Shown here: positions 13,774 through 26,355 of the stretch, in pieces | Numbering within the stretch: position 1 is the first letter of the stretch | Layout: each line of letters opens with the position of its first letter | From: Enoplolaimus lenunculus | Lineage: Eukaryota | DNA length: 64,000 nt | Direction of reading: 5' to 3' | Assembly: GCA_030248215.1 (NCBI GenBank) | Contig: JASANG010003765.1 | Span: forward strand, 248,001 to 312,000 | Made by a program: the position numbers and the translations under genes | Notes under the pieces: model-generated | Seen by the model: only the letters and a program-made list of their open reading frames with translations | What the model was told of the DNA's origin: nothing | The model's database searches: none

Positions 13774-16578
13774 TAAATCAAAGCAGATTTTTAAAATTTT
13801 GTTCGAGTTGTATCATTAAAGTTTACAAAAATTTATCTTTCAATATGTTAGAAACATTTCACAGTTCTGATAATAGAGTATACATTTGGAATTTTATAGA
13901 TACACTGAGTTTTATTCTATGTTTTTGATATACCAATTCATGTTTTATGCGGGAGTTTTATTACCGAATACTCATCTGTATTTAGAGTTTTGCTAGATAC
14001 TTACATGGCCGACCACTAAAATAAACATGTGGTCTATTTTTTGCACCGCCCTCATGCGGTGAGTCCTGTATTCGCTAGTGGTATAGCAAAGACTTATACA
14101 TGTGTTATAAATTCTGAAGGATTTTATTTTCAGTGAAATTATTGCTGCAAATTCTTAACTAAAATTTTTACGCATCTGAGATGTGCGATACAGCTTATAA
14201 AGTTTTTGCAAGTGTAAATTTAATCTAACGAAAAGAATTAGGAAAACAGTCAATACATATAGAGGTCCAATATTTTTGCCTTCCCATTTAATCTTAGCTG
14301 ACTAAATGATTATTGAACAAATGTTGCAACCTACAATATGATGCATCGACAGTTATCACTTGGTTTTCGTTTTTAGCTCCGCTTTTAACAAACTATTAAA
14401 GTTCTGTTTGTCAGTCTAGGTAGGAACCGGGTCATCAGACCCTTTTACTAACAGATGAAAAAGCGTTGCGGGTATCGAACTCTCAGCCATCGGATTTTCA
14501 GCTAAAAGTTTTAGAATCGAAATCTAGGCAAGATTTAAAATATTAAATTGGTGATAAATGTTTTTAGCTTGTTCGGTGATGTTCAGTGGCCGGTCGACTG
14601 GTTCTTGGCCGGTGCACAACACTAGCTAGGAGACTTATATCCTCGCGCTTTCCTGCTCCTGGATAAAACCTCTGATCACCGAGGTAGGGTGACATCTCGC
14701 GCCGGGTTGAATCGTGGATTCGGTGCCATATTAAGACTGCGTTTAAAGAAATTTTTGGAAAGCACAGTCATCGACAAAGTCAGAAAAAGAGCGAAAACGG
14801 TGCCCGCACCGTTCATATTCGAACTTCAGAAACTTTCCATACATTGGTGAAATCATAAGTGACTTCTCCAAGTGCGAATCTATGACAGTCTCTGGGCTGT
14901 AAATTTTGTTTCGTACTTTTGGTACAGTTTGTTTCACTAAAATGTATCACTTTAAGCTCTGGTGTATCACTGACACTGAAGCTTTTTGGTTTCGGTGTCC
15001 GTAACCACGGCCATTCCAAATTAGCTGGTCTACGCATAATATTGTGGAGGTTGTTTTCGTCAACTGGGCCAAAAATGTGCCCAAAGAGCTGCTAAGAGCC
15101 AGTCAACCTTGCGCATAAGCAGAAGACTTCTTAGATTATTGTTATTGGTTGTCACAGGTTTTGATGTATGTAAACCTGTGGCATAGATTGCGAAACTGGA
15201 CCGTATAATATTAATATGTCAGCTACATTTGGTTCTGTCGATGTGTCAACAGATAACGTAATAAATTCTCTGAACATTCAATAATTTAGTTTACGTTAGT
15301 TAAAATTTCATTTCCGGCCAGGTGCAAGGCAGAGCGACAGCGTTCATTAGGGTAGATACTGTTAACACAAAGACTGAAAGATGAATACGAACATCTAATA
15401 GGTGCTGCACGCAATTGAAACGTTTTAGATACCTTTGGAACCGTGTTCAATTGATCGAGATGGGTTATGATATTTAAAAAAATTGCAATTACCACCTACA
15501 CGCAAATGCATATCATGAGTTAAGCGGGCTTTGAGGCCGTCTTGTTTCATGGGTTCCTAAATATAAAGGATCTAATCAAAATATGGGTGAAAATAGATTT
15601 CTTGTTTATTTTAAAACTCCGTTACAAAGTAACTGTTTACCTTTACATTGAACGTCGACTTCATCGCAACGTTTTACACTTTAATATCGCAATAAAGCGA
15701 AGTAAAGTTTCAGCCAACACAGATTATGGAAGCAGACGCAAAAAAAATTCATAAACAGAACGCAGTAAAGACCCTGACGTAAATCTTTGAAATAAAAACA
15801 AAATTCAACGAAACTACAAAATCGTAAAAACCAACTAGGAAAGAGGTTTGCCAAGTAACCGCCGGTTGCGCTGGCAATTTTGCGTACAACAATTTCCAGC
15901 ATTGTGATAACGTTTAGGAATGTTTAGTTGAAAATTATATACAATCTTTGTATGTATATGAGGTGTTTTGTACTAATACCAATTTTAAACTATTTCGAAA
16001 ACGTTGTTGTTGCTGCTTATGTTCACAGTAGCCGTGATGGAGCTGAATGGGAAGCAGACGTAATTTCTGTTGCCTAAACTGAGGTGTAATCATGCTCACA
16101 GTATTTTTTCCGGTGTATCCTATTTACCTGATTTTAAAATAATTGCGTATATATTATATATTTTAAATTTGCAGGTTTTGCTTCATCAACATTTCCAGCT
16201 GAATAAAACACGTTTGTTTTGAACTAAAGTTCTAATTAAATTTATGCAATAATGAGACTGCAAAACCTATTGGCAGATCTTGGCTAAACTCAAACCGACA
16301 AAATTTGCTGCCAGCCAGCTGCCAGATGTGATTTTTTAGACATCTTGCACGTTTGCAGGTGTACGATTACTTGTCTTTTCAACTTTTTTGCTTTTCCGTT
16401 TTCTTCCGAAAAAAGGAGAAAAACTGTTTTTCCGGTCGATTCAAATTTTCTGAAAAATCAAATATCTTGACGAACGCGCGAAATTTTTCAGTAATACCGT
16501 ATGTATTTAAATAAGACGATAAGGTTATAATTAATCAATGGCTACTAAATTTTTTAATTCCAACCTTAACGAATAACG

Positions 16579-16696
16579 ATGCCATCAACTGAAATAGTTG
16601 AGTTAAACATTGGCGGTCATCGCTTTGAAACGACTAAAGCGACACTTCAGAAGTCGCCGTTTCTGGCATTTTTGATGAACAAAAACGAGTACAACG
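16579..16696 (+). CDS. BTB/POZ (T1-type, KCTD-like) protein, exon 1
   Basis: MPSTEIVELNIGGHRFETTKATLQKSPFLAFLMNKNEYN matches the KCTD BTB start (V.LNVGG..F.T...TL). Phase-1 donor G|GTTAGT at 16697. Confidence 0.88.
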
Positions 16697-16966
16697 GTTA
16701 GTTTTGGGTTTCATAAATATGCGCACTGGCGGAACTAGCCATTTTAACGGTTGAGGCCCTGCGATATTGAGCTAAATTCCGAGAACAAAACGAGCGAGAA
16801 GCCAAATGCAATTTTAATGCTAAATCTGGACCCAAAATATTAGTATTAATCGATGTTACAAGGCCTGGGACTGGTTTTCTACACACTTCTTGCTGTCACA
16901 TGTGTTTATGCGTTATGCTGTGGGCGTTTTTGCGCTGCTTTGCGTGAGAAGTTTGGTTAAAAATTT

Positions 16967-17172
16967 GGGTCAATGTAAAAAACAGGGGCGGAACAGCATT
17001 ATAAGCATATTCCTAAACCTAAGCCTAGCCTAAGCGTAAGAATGAGCATATTGCTAAGTATAAGCCTAAGCCTAAGCCTAAGCCAAGCAAAAAAATTAGT
17101 CGAAAGCTTAAGCTTATTCTAGGTATTGCAGTCCCACAGAAAACGTTCCGTCCCGGATATTTATATGCGCCG
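16967..17172 (+). mobile_element. TTAGGC-type MITE copy in KCTD-like intron 1
   Basis: Same TIR and internal motifs (AGCATATTCCTAA, AAGCTTAAGCTT, GAAAACGTTCCG). Confidence 0.7.
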
Positions 17173-17453
17173 AAATTAGCAACCAAAATTATATTGTTTC
17201 AAATTGCCGATGAAAATTATAAAGTAGATTTGGAAACAGCTAATGTATTAGGAAATAGTTTTAAAAATTCCACACACCAACGGCCACCTCATGCAGTAGA
17301 AATTTAAACATCAGCTGCGAATATTCCCACTGTCTACAACTGATTATATACACATGCAAAATAGGCATTTCTGAGACATTTTGTTGCTTGGCTACCAGAC
17401 TAATGTATGCCGTCGGGGCTTCAGACAAATTCTAGTTAGATCGGAACCGTAAG

Positions 17454-18226
17454 CAGGCCTCCAACCCGCGTTGCGTTTTACCGCGGAAATTTTATTTTTT
17501 ACCCGCGTGTATGCCCGCGCAAAATTCCTTTACTGGTTACCCGTCTTTACCCGCGCAAAATTCTTTACCGTTATCAATTTCACTTGCCCTTATTTTTTCT
17601 TCTACGTTCAATAGAATTGTGTAATTTTACAGTGCATGTATGTTACTCACTCGATTTACGTTACTAAAAACTCTAGCAGTATTTTTCAAAACAAACCATT
17701 AAGTAAAAAATGTTACACCGGACAATATTGCACATTACACCTACCATCGTTAAAACTGGCTTGTTTCCCGATAGATGATTAATTAATCAAAACATTCTTG
17801 TCAGTATAAAATTGGTATATTTTAGAGCACATAAATCACACTTTTCTTTACGGTTTTGTCACAATTTGTTTAAGACCTCTTTCAGAAAGCTGTAGACATA
17901 TTGTTCCCAGTCAAAGAAAAGTATAAACTCCATAGGAACGCGAAGAATATGAGCAAATGGAATAAGATATATTGTTGCTGCCATTCTAAAAGCCACCAAT
18001 ATTTTTCGATATTAGCACCACCATTTCAGGAGTGTAATACTCATTTTTCTGCTCATACGGTAAAAATCGTTTAAAATTTCAAGTTTTTCTATGTTATCTG
18101 GTTTCAACTTTGTTATGAAAATTTTAGCGCTAAAGAATCACAAATTTTTATCTGCGCTTTGAAATTCTTTATCCGTGACATTTTCTTACACGTACTCGCG
18201 TTACCCGCGGGTAGCGTGCTGCTCTG
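17454..18226. mobile_element. Non-autonomous DNA transposon with subterminal ACCCGCG motifs (KCTD-like intron 1)
   Basis: ACCCGCG/CGCGGGTA clusters at both ends. A reverse-oriented relative lies at ~5698-6035. Confidence 0.5.
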
Positions 18227-18274
18227 ATTAGCATGTCGACAAACTATGATTTGAAACTGGTTATATTGTGTCAG

Positions 18275-18468
18275 ATGCCCTATTTGTTGATCGAGACGGA
18301 ACTCATTTTCGTGTTGTGCTCAACTTTTTACGCGACGGCGCGCAAGTGGCGCTACCATGCGATGAGTGGGCGTTGCGCGAACTACAATGTGAATCTCGAT
18401 TCTATCAGCTGCCCGATTTGTACTCAATGATTGAAACGAAGCTGGGAATTTCTGCTGAATGTAGAGAG
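18275..18468 (+). CDS. BTB/POZ (KCTD-like) protein, exon 2
   Basis: Acceptor TGTCAG| is phase-compatible with exon 1. (D)ALFVDRDGTHFRVVLNFLRDG...LRELQCESRFYQLPDL matches the KCTD motif FIDRDG..FR.ILN.LR.G...EA.FY.L. The 3' donor (GAG|GTTGGT) is less certain. Confidence 0.88.
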
Positions 18469-18825
18469 GTTGGTTGCAAGTCGACATGCAGAAGCGAAAC
18501 ATGTTATAGATTTAGTCGGATGGTAACAGCACTATTTTAGTCAGAAATGAAATGCACAAAGTTGGGCCCGCACATTACAGCTGAAAATGGGTTAAAATTC
18601 TGTTGGAGCCGGGGGTTAAGGATTAACGGGTTTCCCCATGGTCATTTTTCATTTCATCTGATATCTAATTTCACGCTGTAGCATTGGAACCCGAGGAGTC
18701 TATTATGTCGTGCAAAAAGGTTTGTTACATGCATACTTACGCGCTATACCAGTATATATACTGCTTTACGCCAAGAAAAAGGTTCAATTAGCCGAAGCAT
18801 AAACTTGTATATCGTTAGGTATACA

Positions 18826-19190
18826 GGCCAATTTATTGAACAGGACCGTAACAGTAGTGTAAACATATATATACCTAAGCTTAAGCTTAAACCTAAACCT
18901 AAGCGTAAGAAAGTGAGATCACACCTAAGTCTTAGCGTAACCCTAAGCTTATAAGCATGAAAAATAATCTATACATAGTTTAAGCTTGCTCTATTGCAGT
19001 CCTGCAGAAAAGCGTTCATCACCTGAAGCTTAAGCTTAGACCTAAACCTAAGCGTAAGAAAGTGAGATCACACCTAAGCCTTAGCGTAACCCTAAGCTTA
19101 TAAGCATGAAAAATAGTCTATACATAGTTTAAGCTTGCACTATTGCAGTCCTGCAGAAAAGCGTTCCTCAGCTGATCTTTACATGGCTCG
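18826..19190 (+). mobile_element. TTAGGC-type MITE with an internal 149-bp tandem duplication (KCTD-like intron 2)
   Basis: 18877-19025 is repeated at 19026-19174, inside the family's terminal motifs. Confidence 0.75.
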
Positions 19191-19259
19191 GTTTATGCGA
19201 TCATTACAACTGCGGTGTATAGTTTTTGTCAACAAATTTTTACGTTGTGAACATTTCAG

Positions 19260-19868
19260 CGTCGGTCCGGCTTGCCTGGCTGCCGCTTAAACGCAGTTTC
19301 TTCACCTAGCTTAGTGTCTAACTCATCTTCAAACATGCCCTGGGAAGGTGCTAGAGTCAAATTGAAACCAATTGTCGCACAACAAACAGTTCTACTTAAA
19401 CAATTCGCCGCCCTTAACGCAGCGACCTACGGCAGCTTCACATACGTCAACGATGTTTCCGATCTGTCTAACTACACTAGCGGTCAGACAGACCGTGGAA
19501 AATTCTCACGCTATGCTGCCGCATCAATGACGTCATCAAACGGAACTGGTCAGTTGAATTCTACCGTGTCTGTGCAGCAAGCTACTTCAACAATGGATTC
19601 TGGATCAGTTGCGTTGACAATAAGTTCGGCAAAATGTCGAGAATGTTCGCGGCCTGTGGTACCAATGATTTCAAGCGACTGCTGGTCTCAGCTGAGCCGA
19701 GCTGAAGTGGCAGATTTGAAAGATCAGGCTGCTGGCGCCCGAGGCACAGTCCTGAGAGATGTTGACGGAGTTTGCCTTGAAGTACTCTGGGACGAGTATG
19801 GACAACATCATATTGCAAGTTATGCGTTGCATCGGTTGTCGTGGATAGCAAGCTGGCTGGGATATTGA
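19260..19868 (+). CDS. KCTD-like protein, last exon (Ser-rich region plus C-terminal domain)
   Basis: Acceptor ATTTCAG| at 19259, phase 0, in frame with the 198-aa ORF ending at TGA 19866-19868. The three-exon model gives ~306 aa. Confidence 0.7.
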   Translation, partial: RRSGLPGCRLNAVSSPSLVSNSSSNMPWEGARVKLKPIVAQQTVLLKQFAALNAATYGSFTYVNDVSDLSNYTSGQTDRGKFSRYAAASMTSSNGTGQLNSTVSVQQATSTMDSGSVALTISSAKCRECSRPVVPMISSDCWSQLSRAEVADLKDQAAGARGTVLRDVDGVCLEVLWDEYGQHHIASYALHRLSWIASWLGY

Positions 19869-20495
19869 AGTTGATGTTATAATCGTTTACAAAGTCATTT
19901 CATACATTTGCTTTGCATAATACAATCTAGTAATGGTCCCGAAAAACTAGATTAAAACCGCAGTGTTATAGAAAACTAACATTGACAAAAACTGTGAATG
20001 TCACGTAAACGACTGATATTTATTTTGCCAAATCCTAGGGAACCCGTACTGTTCGGTTATTCTGTGCTATGTGGACCACTATATTTCACTTATACGCCAT
20101 TTTCCTCTTGGACACCTTTTCTGATTTGAGTCACTACAGTTAGTTAAATATATAACAACCACAAGTATTATGTATTGCAAACCGAATTAGGACTTTTCCA
20201 CTTTGTAGGTATTTTTATTTTTAAATAAACTGTTATTTCATAAAAGAAAATATTCTTAAAACGCATTTTCGAGGCCAGGTTAAGCAGGACAGCTTTGAGT
20301 TTAGAAAACAATGAAACATGCTTGGAGTGCTACGAAAGGTGTAAATGGTCAAAGCTTTCTTGCCTGTCCCGTGCTTTACCCACGAAAGCTTGTCCACCTT
20401 TGCCACCGGGTCGTTTGCATCTCCGGTGCCAACATTGATACACTGGAGCTCAATGCTGGAACGTACAGTTGAATTAAATGTCTTTGTCCGTATTC

Positions 20496-20811
20496 CAGGG
20501 TGCAACCAGAGGTGAAAAATACCGGAGCCGGAGCCGGAGAAGGAGGACATGGTGGTTAACTAATTAATTTTAGCCAATATCTGCATTATGTTGTTAATTT
20601 GTTAGATTTTACGCTAATTATCTGTGAATTTTCGGAAATTCTTTCCTGAAAATTACGACAAAAGTAAAACGAAACGCGTTGGAACAGATAAATTTTTGAA
20701 AATTATGCAAAAGTTTACTACCGAAATTGCCGGAACCTCCGGCAAAAATTCTATTGGAGCCGGAGGCCGATTTTCTGCCGGAGCCGGAGGCAAACCGCCG
20801 GTTGTACCCTG
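20496..20811 (+). mobile_element. hAT-like MITE with CCGGAG repeats
   Basis: TIRs CAGGGTGCAACC / GGTTGTACCCTG and a perfect 8-bp flanking repeat CCGTATTC. Reverse copy at 36834-37168, related pieces at ~7925-8230 and ~30026-30080. Confidence 0.82.
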
Positions 20812-20965
20812 CCGTATTCTATAGCGGGTACTGCGCTTATCACCAGATAGTGATGTTTCGCGTAACTTTTGAACTAAAGAATGATGCTGTCCAAAGTTCA
20901 GTACGTTTATAATTATACTTTAGTCTGCTTTCGTGTATGTTTGGTTCTTTCAGCATTAGCTTTTT

Positions 20966-21126
20966 GGCCCATGTATAAAACAGGGCCAAAACAGTAGTAT
21001 AAGCATATTCCTAGGCCTAAGCCTAAGCCTAAACCTAAGCCTAAGCAAAAAAACTAGTCTAACGCTTAAACGGACTCTATTATAGCCCCTCCGGAAAACG
21101 ACCCGGCCCTGTTCTATACATGGGCC
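20966..21126 (+). mobile_element. MITE with (GCCTAA)n telomere-like core; clearest copy of the family
   Basis: TIRs GGCCCATGTATAAAACAGGGCC / GGCCCTGTTCTATACATGGGCC around GCCTAAGCCTAA arrays. Related copies at ~1060-1158, 10152-10332, 16967-17172, 18826-19190, 21404-21545, 32795-32988, ~43188-43331, 43877-44056, 45931-46116, 49840-49918 and ~50363-50544. Confidence 0.8.
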
Positions 21127-21760
21127 GCTTGTTTGAAGACCTATTACTAACTGGCGATAGTTGCGATTCACAGTTGACAATACCACTTTTGATTATTAGA
21201 GCACTGGCATAATAGATGGGACTTGTGTTCAGAGCTGTGTACTATTGATCTTAGCGAAACATTAGGTGCAAGCAACTTGTAATCGTTTAATTTAGATTAC
21301 TCTGCTGCTGTGAAAAATTACGGCAGCAAAGGTACTGGAATAGGTATTATTTATAAAGTGTTGTATGTAAACCTCGCTTTTTGTCAGCCAGAAATTTAAT
21401 TGACGGCCCAAGTAAAAATAAGGGGCGGGTCGTTTTTTCTGCGGGACTGCAATACAGTAAGCTTAAGCTTTAGGCTAATTTTTTGCTTAGGCTTACGCCT
21501 AGAAATATGCTTTTACTACTGTCACGGCCCTGTTCTATATATACATTGAACTAATTGACTAGCAGTAAATTTTCCAACCATATATATAGATAGATATATA
21601 TATATATATATATAAATATATACAATATATATATATAACGAATCCTGAACACTATGGTGCCAATCGGAGTTTAAGCCTAAGCCTAAGTTAAAGTGAATAA
21701 CTAACGCCTAAATCTGTTTTGAGGCTGGTGAAATTTTTCGTTTATATAACCAAAAGTATT

Positions 21761-21766
21761 TTTATT
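21761..21766 (-). promoter_or_regulatory. Putative polyadenylation signal of the TMEM45-like gene
   Basis: Plus-strand TTTATT is AATAAA on minus, ~40 nt after the predicted stop codon. Confidence 0.5.
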
Positions 21767-21805
21767 CAAACACACACATATAAAGCATTTATAATATATC
21801 TATAT

Positions 21806-21913
21806 TTAACTAAGTAACGATTGTTTTACGTCACCATTTTCTATTCCGTTGAATAGCGTCAATTCTTGTTGTGTTTCAGTGTAATAATTGTCTTTTAGAG
21901 TTGAACTGTCATC
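21806..21913 (-). CDS. TMEM45: TMEM45-family protein, probable last exon
   Basis: TTTTAG| DDSSTLKDNYYTETQQELTLFNGIENGDVKQSLLS-TAA, phase 0, with AATAAA ~40 nt downstream. Alternatively exon 5 reads through to the stop at 22114. Confidence 0.65.
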   Translation of the reverse strand, partial: DDSSTLKDNYYTETQQELTLFNGIENGDVKQSLLS

Positions 21914-22134
21914 CTAAAACAGAAATTTTAGCGATTTAACAACTGGATCCGTTCCACTTGAAGGCAGGTACGTTACCCGGATTTCATTTTGGAAGGCTAT
22001 AACTTCATCTAAATTATTTCAACGTGCGAGCGCTAACAAATGAAACTATTGCATAAAGCCACCGATTTCATTAATCGGATTTCCAATTTCGTATCTTGCA
22101 TTATAGTTGTTTACTATGAACGAATATCGCATAC

Positions 22135-22407
22135 CTGTAAAGAGAATTCTTCAATCAATGGACGTTTTGCATCGAAATCACCGCTTGGTTCTCGGATTGA
22201 TTTACTATCATGTCGATATAAAATCCATTTTTCAGTGTCACTTGCGTTCCGCCATTGAAAATATGCCGATATTATTGCCGTGAATAAAAATATTCCGGCG
22301 CCATGCCAGACAAACATTATTGTGAGCCACATTACGTCTTGGTCAGGCTTGGCTGTTCGCCATGGATGCGAAGCGTTTGGAAACGGCGAAAAAATAAGGA
22401 ATGCAAG
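22135..22407 (-). CDS. TMEM45: TMEM45-family protein, exon 5
   Basis: TTTTCAG| LAFLIFSPFPNASHPWRTAKPDQDVMWLTIMFVWHGAG...FSLQ |GTATGC. Matches the TMEM45 motif M..T..F.WH. Confidence 0.88.
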
Positions 22408-23160
22408 CTGAAAAGAACGCCTAAACGTTGTGTGCAGCTAACAGAAACGTAGCGATCCTAACATACCGGGAGGTGGATTGAATTTTTGAATGGGCAAGCG
22501 GTGATTGCACAAGCGACGCTAACACTTTTCATGGGCCTGAGGCGGGCAAAAATTTTATGGGCCTGAGGCGGTGAGTCAAATTGAGTCTCTTCGCAATAGA
22601 CTCACCGGGATTACGCAAATTGAGTCAAATTTCATTCCACCAGAGTCAAACGTGCGACTAAGAGAGTCGAAGTTGACTCTGACGAAGTCGAATTTGACTC
22701 AGTTTGTGCAGTCTATTAGAGCCTATTTCGGAGAGAGTCGTTCTGACTCCGTTTTCTGCAGTGTAGGCTTGTGTCCGGATATCCAAGGCTGAACAGATAA
22801 TATCCCGAAGTTTCAGCTTCAGTTTTGTGTTACAAAAACTTCAAAATTGAGAAATACTTATTCCAGTTTTGCTCAATTTGGACGGCATGAATCATGAGGC
22901 GGGAAATTACGCCCAGCTTCATTACAAAACCTTCGGTCACCGTTCAGCATCGATCTCTATTCCATCACTTTTAGGAGTCTAACGGTTGTTCTCAACTAAA
23001 CGAAGTTATTTTACACCGAAACAGTTCGATTTGAGTCGGTCAGCAATTTAGGGCTTAAAAAATTAGAGCGGCAAAGGCTTCTTGATTTAGAGGCACGTAC
23101 CTCTTGATTTAGAGGCGGAGGCTTCTTGATTTAAAAACCTAAGGGGGCGCTTGCGCCCTA

Positions 23161-23586
23161 CTGTATTGACCCGCATAAGAGGGGGCTGATATTTATTTGG
23201 CCTCTCCAGAGGGTACCCCCCTTGTTATTTGGTTACGGACTGTTATTTATTTTTAACTTACGCTCCGCCACCCTTCGTTACTGATATATATCCGGTACTG
23301 CAACTATCCGTTGAATTAAATGTTCAATTGACTTGAGCGATAATAAAAGGTTATACTTAGGAATGTACTTTCAAAATTTAAGTACGCTTTAAAGTTTCGA
23401 ACTCAAATTATTTGGTCCTGGAGTCATTTATGTGCTGCAATTAGGGTTAATTGACATTTATGGACTCTAATTAGGGTTTAGGGACTGTATCCGCTTACGG
23501 ACTCTTATTAGGGATACGGACTCCTATTGATTCGGATCCAAAATGGGAACCCCCTTTTATTACCCCTCTTATTCGGGTCAATACAG
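23161..23586 (+). mobile_element. TA-flanked Tc1/mariner-pogo (Tc2-like) MITE in TMEM45 intron 4
   Basis: TA|CTGTATTGACCCGCATAAGAGGGG...CCCCTCTTATTCGGGTCAATACAG|TA. Homologous copies at ~33392-33782, ~35391-35810 and 48862-49256, with fragments at ~5585-5690, ~6200-6345 and ~34020-34216. Confidence 0.85.
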
Positions 23587-23610
23587 TAGGCATAGCCCTG
23601 TTATTTATAC

Positions 23611-23745
23611 CTGATAAAACCATGTCCCCTGAAATGTAACAAAGTACGCTCGAATAAGCTTCACATCGACGGCATTCGGCCTCAAAAATTCAAGACACGC
23701 CGCGAACACACAGCCAATAATCGTCAAAATCAACAGAACGTGCGC
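23611..23745 (-). CDS. TMEM45: TMEM45-family protein, exon 4
   Basis: TTTTACAG| AHVLLILTIIGCVFAACLEFLRPNAVDVKLIRAYFVTFQGTWFYQ |GTATAA. Contains the conserved H.LL...QGTWF.Q motif. Confidence 0.92.
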
Positions 23746-24026
23746 CTGTAAAAAATTCCAGGAGCAGCAATTGCTGTTTAGCAAGTCATATTTCATTAAT
23801 ACATATTCCAGTATTAGTTTTTTGTTAAAATTGTTTACGAAAAACTTTAACCAAAGCCCAAGCTTTTGCCTAAGCCTAAGCTTAAGCACTGATTGTAAAT
23901 ATAGAAGAGTGTACAAGAACCGATACGACAAAAATTATACGTGCTGCTTAAAATTAAAATTCCAATCCTTGTTTTAAAAACCTGCGAAAAAGCTAAAATT
24001 GAAACTTAGCAATTTTATATCTTTAC

Positions 24027-24128
24027 CGTTCTTTCGAAATGTTCCTGATGTTGAATGTGAAAAAAGAATAGAATTCCTTCGCCCGCGAACGCAACAATCC
24101 CTGCGGCATAGTCCACACCTTTCGGCAC
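24027..24128 (-). CDS. TMEM45: TMEM45-family protein, exon 3
   Basis: ATTTAG| VPKGVDYAAGIVAFAGEGILFFFHIQHQEHFERT |GTAAAG. Matches P.G.D.......F..EG.LF..H. Not present in the ORF track. Confidence 0.9.
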
Positions 24129-24896
24129 CTAAATTGAAACAGAACCAAATAGCTATAAAAGGTCTACAAACATGTTATCTTAAGTAACTCCTATTGCTGC
24201 TAATATGGCAATATACATAGTTGTTTTAAAGTTAATGAATGGGCATGGAATAGGCCCACAACCTATGCTGAGAACATTAGTGTTCAGCTCATGCAGTGTC
24301 CAGTCATGACGTTGACGCAAGTGTCTACTCTGAAACGTTTTTATTTGGCAGTGTCTGGTTTGCTATGATAGGTTACCAATGAGGTCTAATTAGCAAAAGC
24401 TGCATTGTCCTGGTCCTTTAATAATCTTCAAGTTAAACTGTGAGATAATGTTTATAACGGTATCCAACGCACGATTGGCTAGCCACCCATACAGGGGCTA
24501 CTAATTGGTTTGATGTTAGCAAATAAAAATGTGTCTCATAACAGCACGTAATAAATCGCACCATTCAGAAAACAGTAATAATGCGGACGGGACGCCAATA
24601 AAAATGCGCTACGAAACTATTTACCAATCACTGCCCGAAATACATGAGTTAAAGTTTGTCATGAAGCTACTGAAACGCTTGAAGTTGTATCCTTGTTGGT
24701 AGTCTAAATTACGGTTAGAGTGAAATATAGATTGGTCTGATTTCCATATAATGCTCACAAGCTGTGAATTGTTTCAGCCAATAATAAAATCGTTGTTGAA
24801 GAAAAAACTATAAGGATATCTTAGTGTGTTTGTGGCGTAATATTCGTGGACAGTTTAAACGATATGTCGTTAAAAGGTAAAAAGCAATAAACTTAC

Positions 24897-25052
24897 ATAT
24901 GGACAGTGAGTGACAGCAAGGTCACAGGCCCCGAATAAGGCAAAAAGGGTATACATCGTAACGTGTTGAACATCAGGTGCAAAAATAAAGTGTGGAAAGA
25001 AATAGAAACTGCCGTACGTTTCAATCATAATGCCAACTACACAGCAACATAT
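24897..25052 (-). CDS. TMEM45: TMEM45-family protein, exon 2
   Basis: TTTACAG| ICCCVVGIMIETYG...VQHVTMYTLFALFGACDL...PY |GTAAGT. Contains the conserved QH.TMY..F...G..D motif. Confidence 0.9.
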
Positions 25053-26109
25053 CTGTAAAGTTGAAATATATAGCAATTAATATTCTATTTGATCAATACA
25101 TAAGTATGATTTCGGGAGATTGTTCAACCCGATGTCAATATTTATTTACCTGATACGGTTTCTGTATATTTATACCCGTGCCATTCAGGTTTAAAATTAT
25201 ATTTATGCTTAGGGTTTAATTCATGCACAATCTTAAGTCAGGTTTACCTTCGGTTTCGCGAACGATTCAAAGTTTAGCTTTAGACTACAGCGGAGATTGC
25301 TAAGATACAAAAACTAGACCAGCACAGTGGGATCTTAATAGAAATTCTCTGACTATAGCTTGATATTTTAGGATGTTTAATTTTCTTGCACACAACTGTA
25401 TTGCTGCAAAATCAAGGACGGATTAGAGATCCAACGTCGATATCCCACCGGACTCACTCTATATTATAATTTTATAATTTGGTACAGAAATTGAATCACG
25501 GTCGGATTACGGAGGTGGGAGGATAACCATAATTATTTTATACAAAAGAGCTTAAAGTGATATATTTTAATAAAACAAATGGTACCAAAAGTACGAAACA
25601 TAATTTACGGCCCAGGGACTGTTCTAGATTTGTACTTAAAATTTTTTTCAACACACTCTTAGGGTGACACCGAATCCACAATTCAACCGAATTCGAACCA
25701 GAATCAGAATCTATTGCTAATTTGCTGAATGTGAATCAGAATCTTGTATGTTGCGAATTTCAAATATATATCTATAATCTGTTTCAGAATATCAACGCAA
25801 TGTCTGCAGGATACCTTTAAACGTTGTATATATTTCGTGCTCGACCTCAGTTCTGAGATTTGTGCCCTTCAACTATTGAATACAAAATTATCGTCTGGCT
25901 ATTTCGCTCGCTTTGCTCGCTTACACAGGCGTGGCGCAGAAACCCTTTTCATACCCTGATATATACGTACTAAATATATCTAAAGTCAGTTACCCCCTAA
26001 AAAATTCTCATTCCGATGCTATTCAAACGCTAAAACTTATGATAACCGATTGTATCACTAAATCAGTGAAGGATATACCTAATTACTAAAAAAGTGATTC
26101 AAATTTTAC

Positions 26110-26355
26110 CATAACAATTGGTTCAATACAACGTGTCGGGCAGCAACTAAAAGGCGCCGTAATCCTCATCGTTAAGTCTTGCAGGTGAGAATCGTCTAAC
26201 GCTTGTTCGTCACTTGTTTGACTTTCAGTTGCTCGTTGTCGCCGCCGACGTCGCTGTTGATTAATGGCTCTTATACGAGCAATATGTATTGTCCACCAAA
26301 TGCCAAACATTGCAAAAAATGTGCCCGGCACTACATGACCCATAAATGTTCCCAT
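26110..26355 (-). CDS. TMEM45: TMEM45-family membrane protein, exon 1
   Basis: MGTFMGHVVPGTFFAMFGIWW matches the TMEM45 N-terminus (M..F.GH.LPG.FF...G.WW). Donor ATG|GTAAAA, phase 0. Confidence 0.9.
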
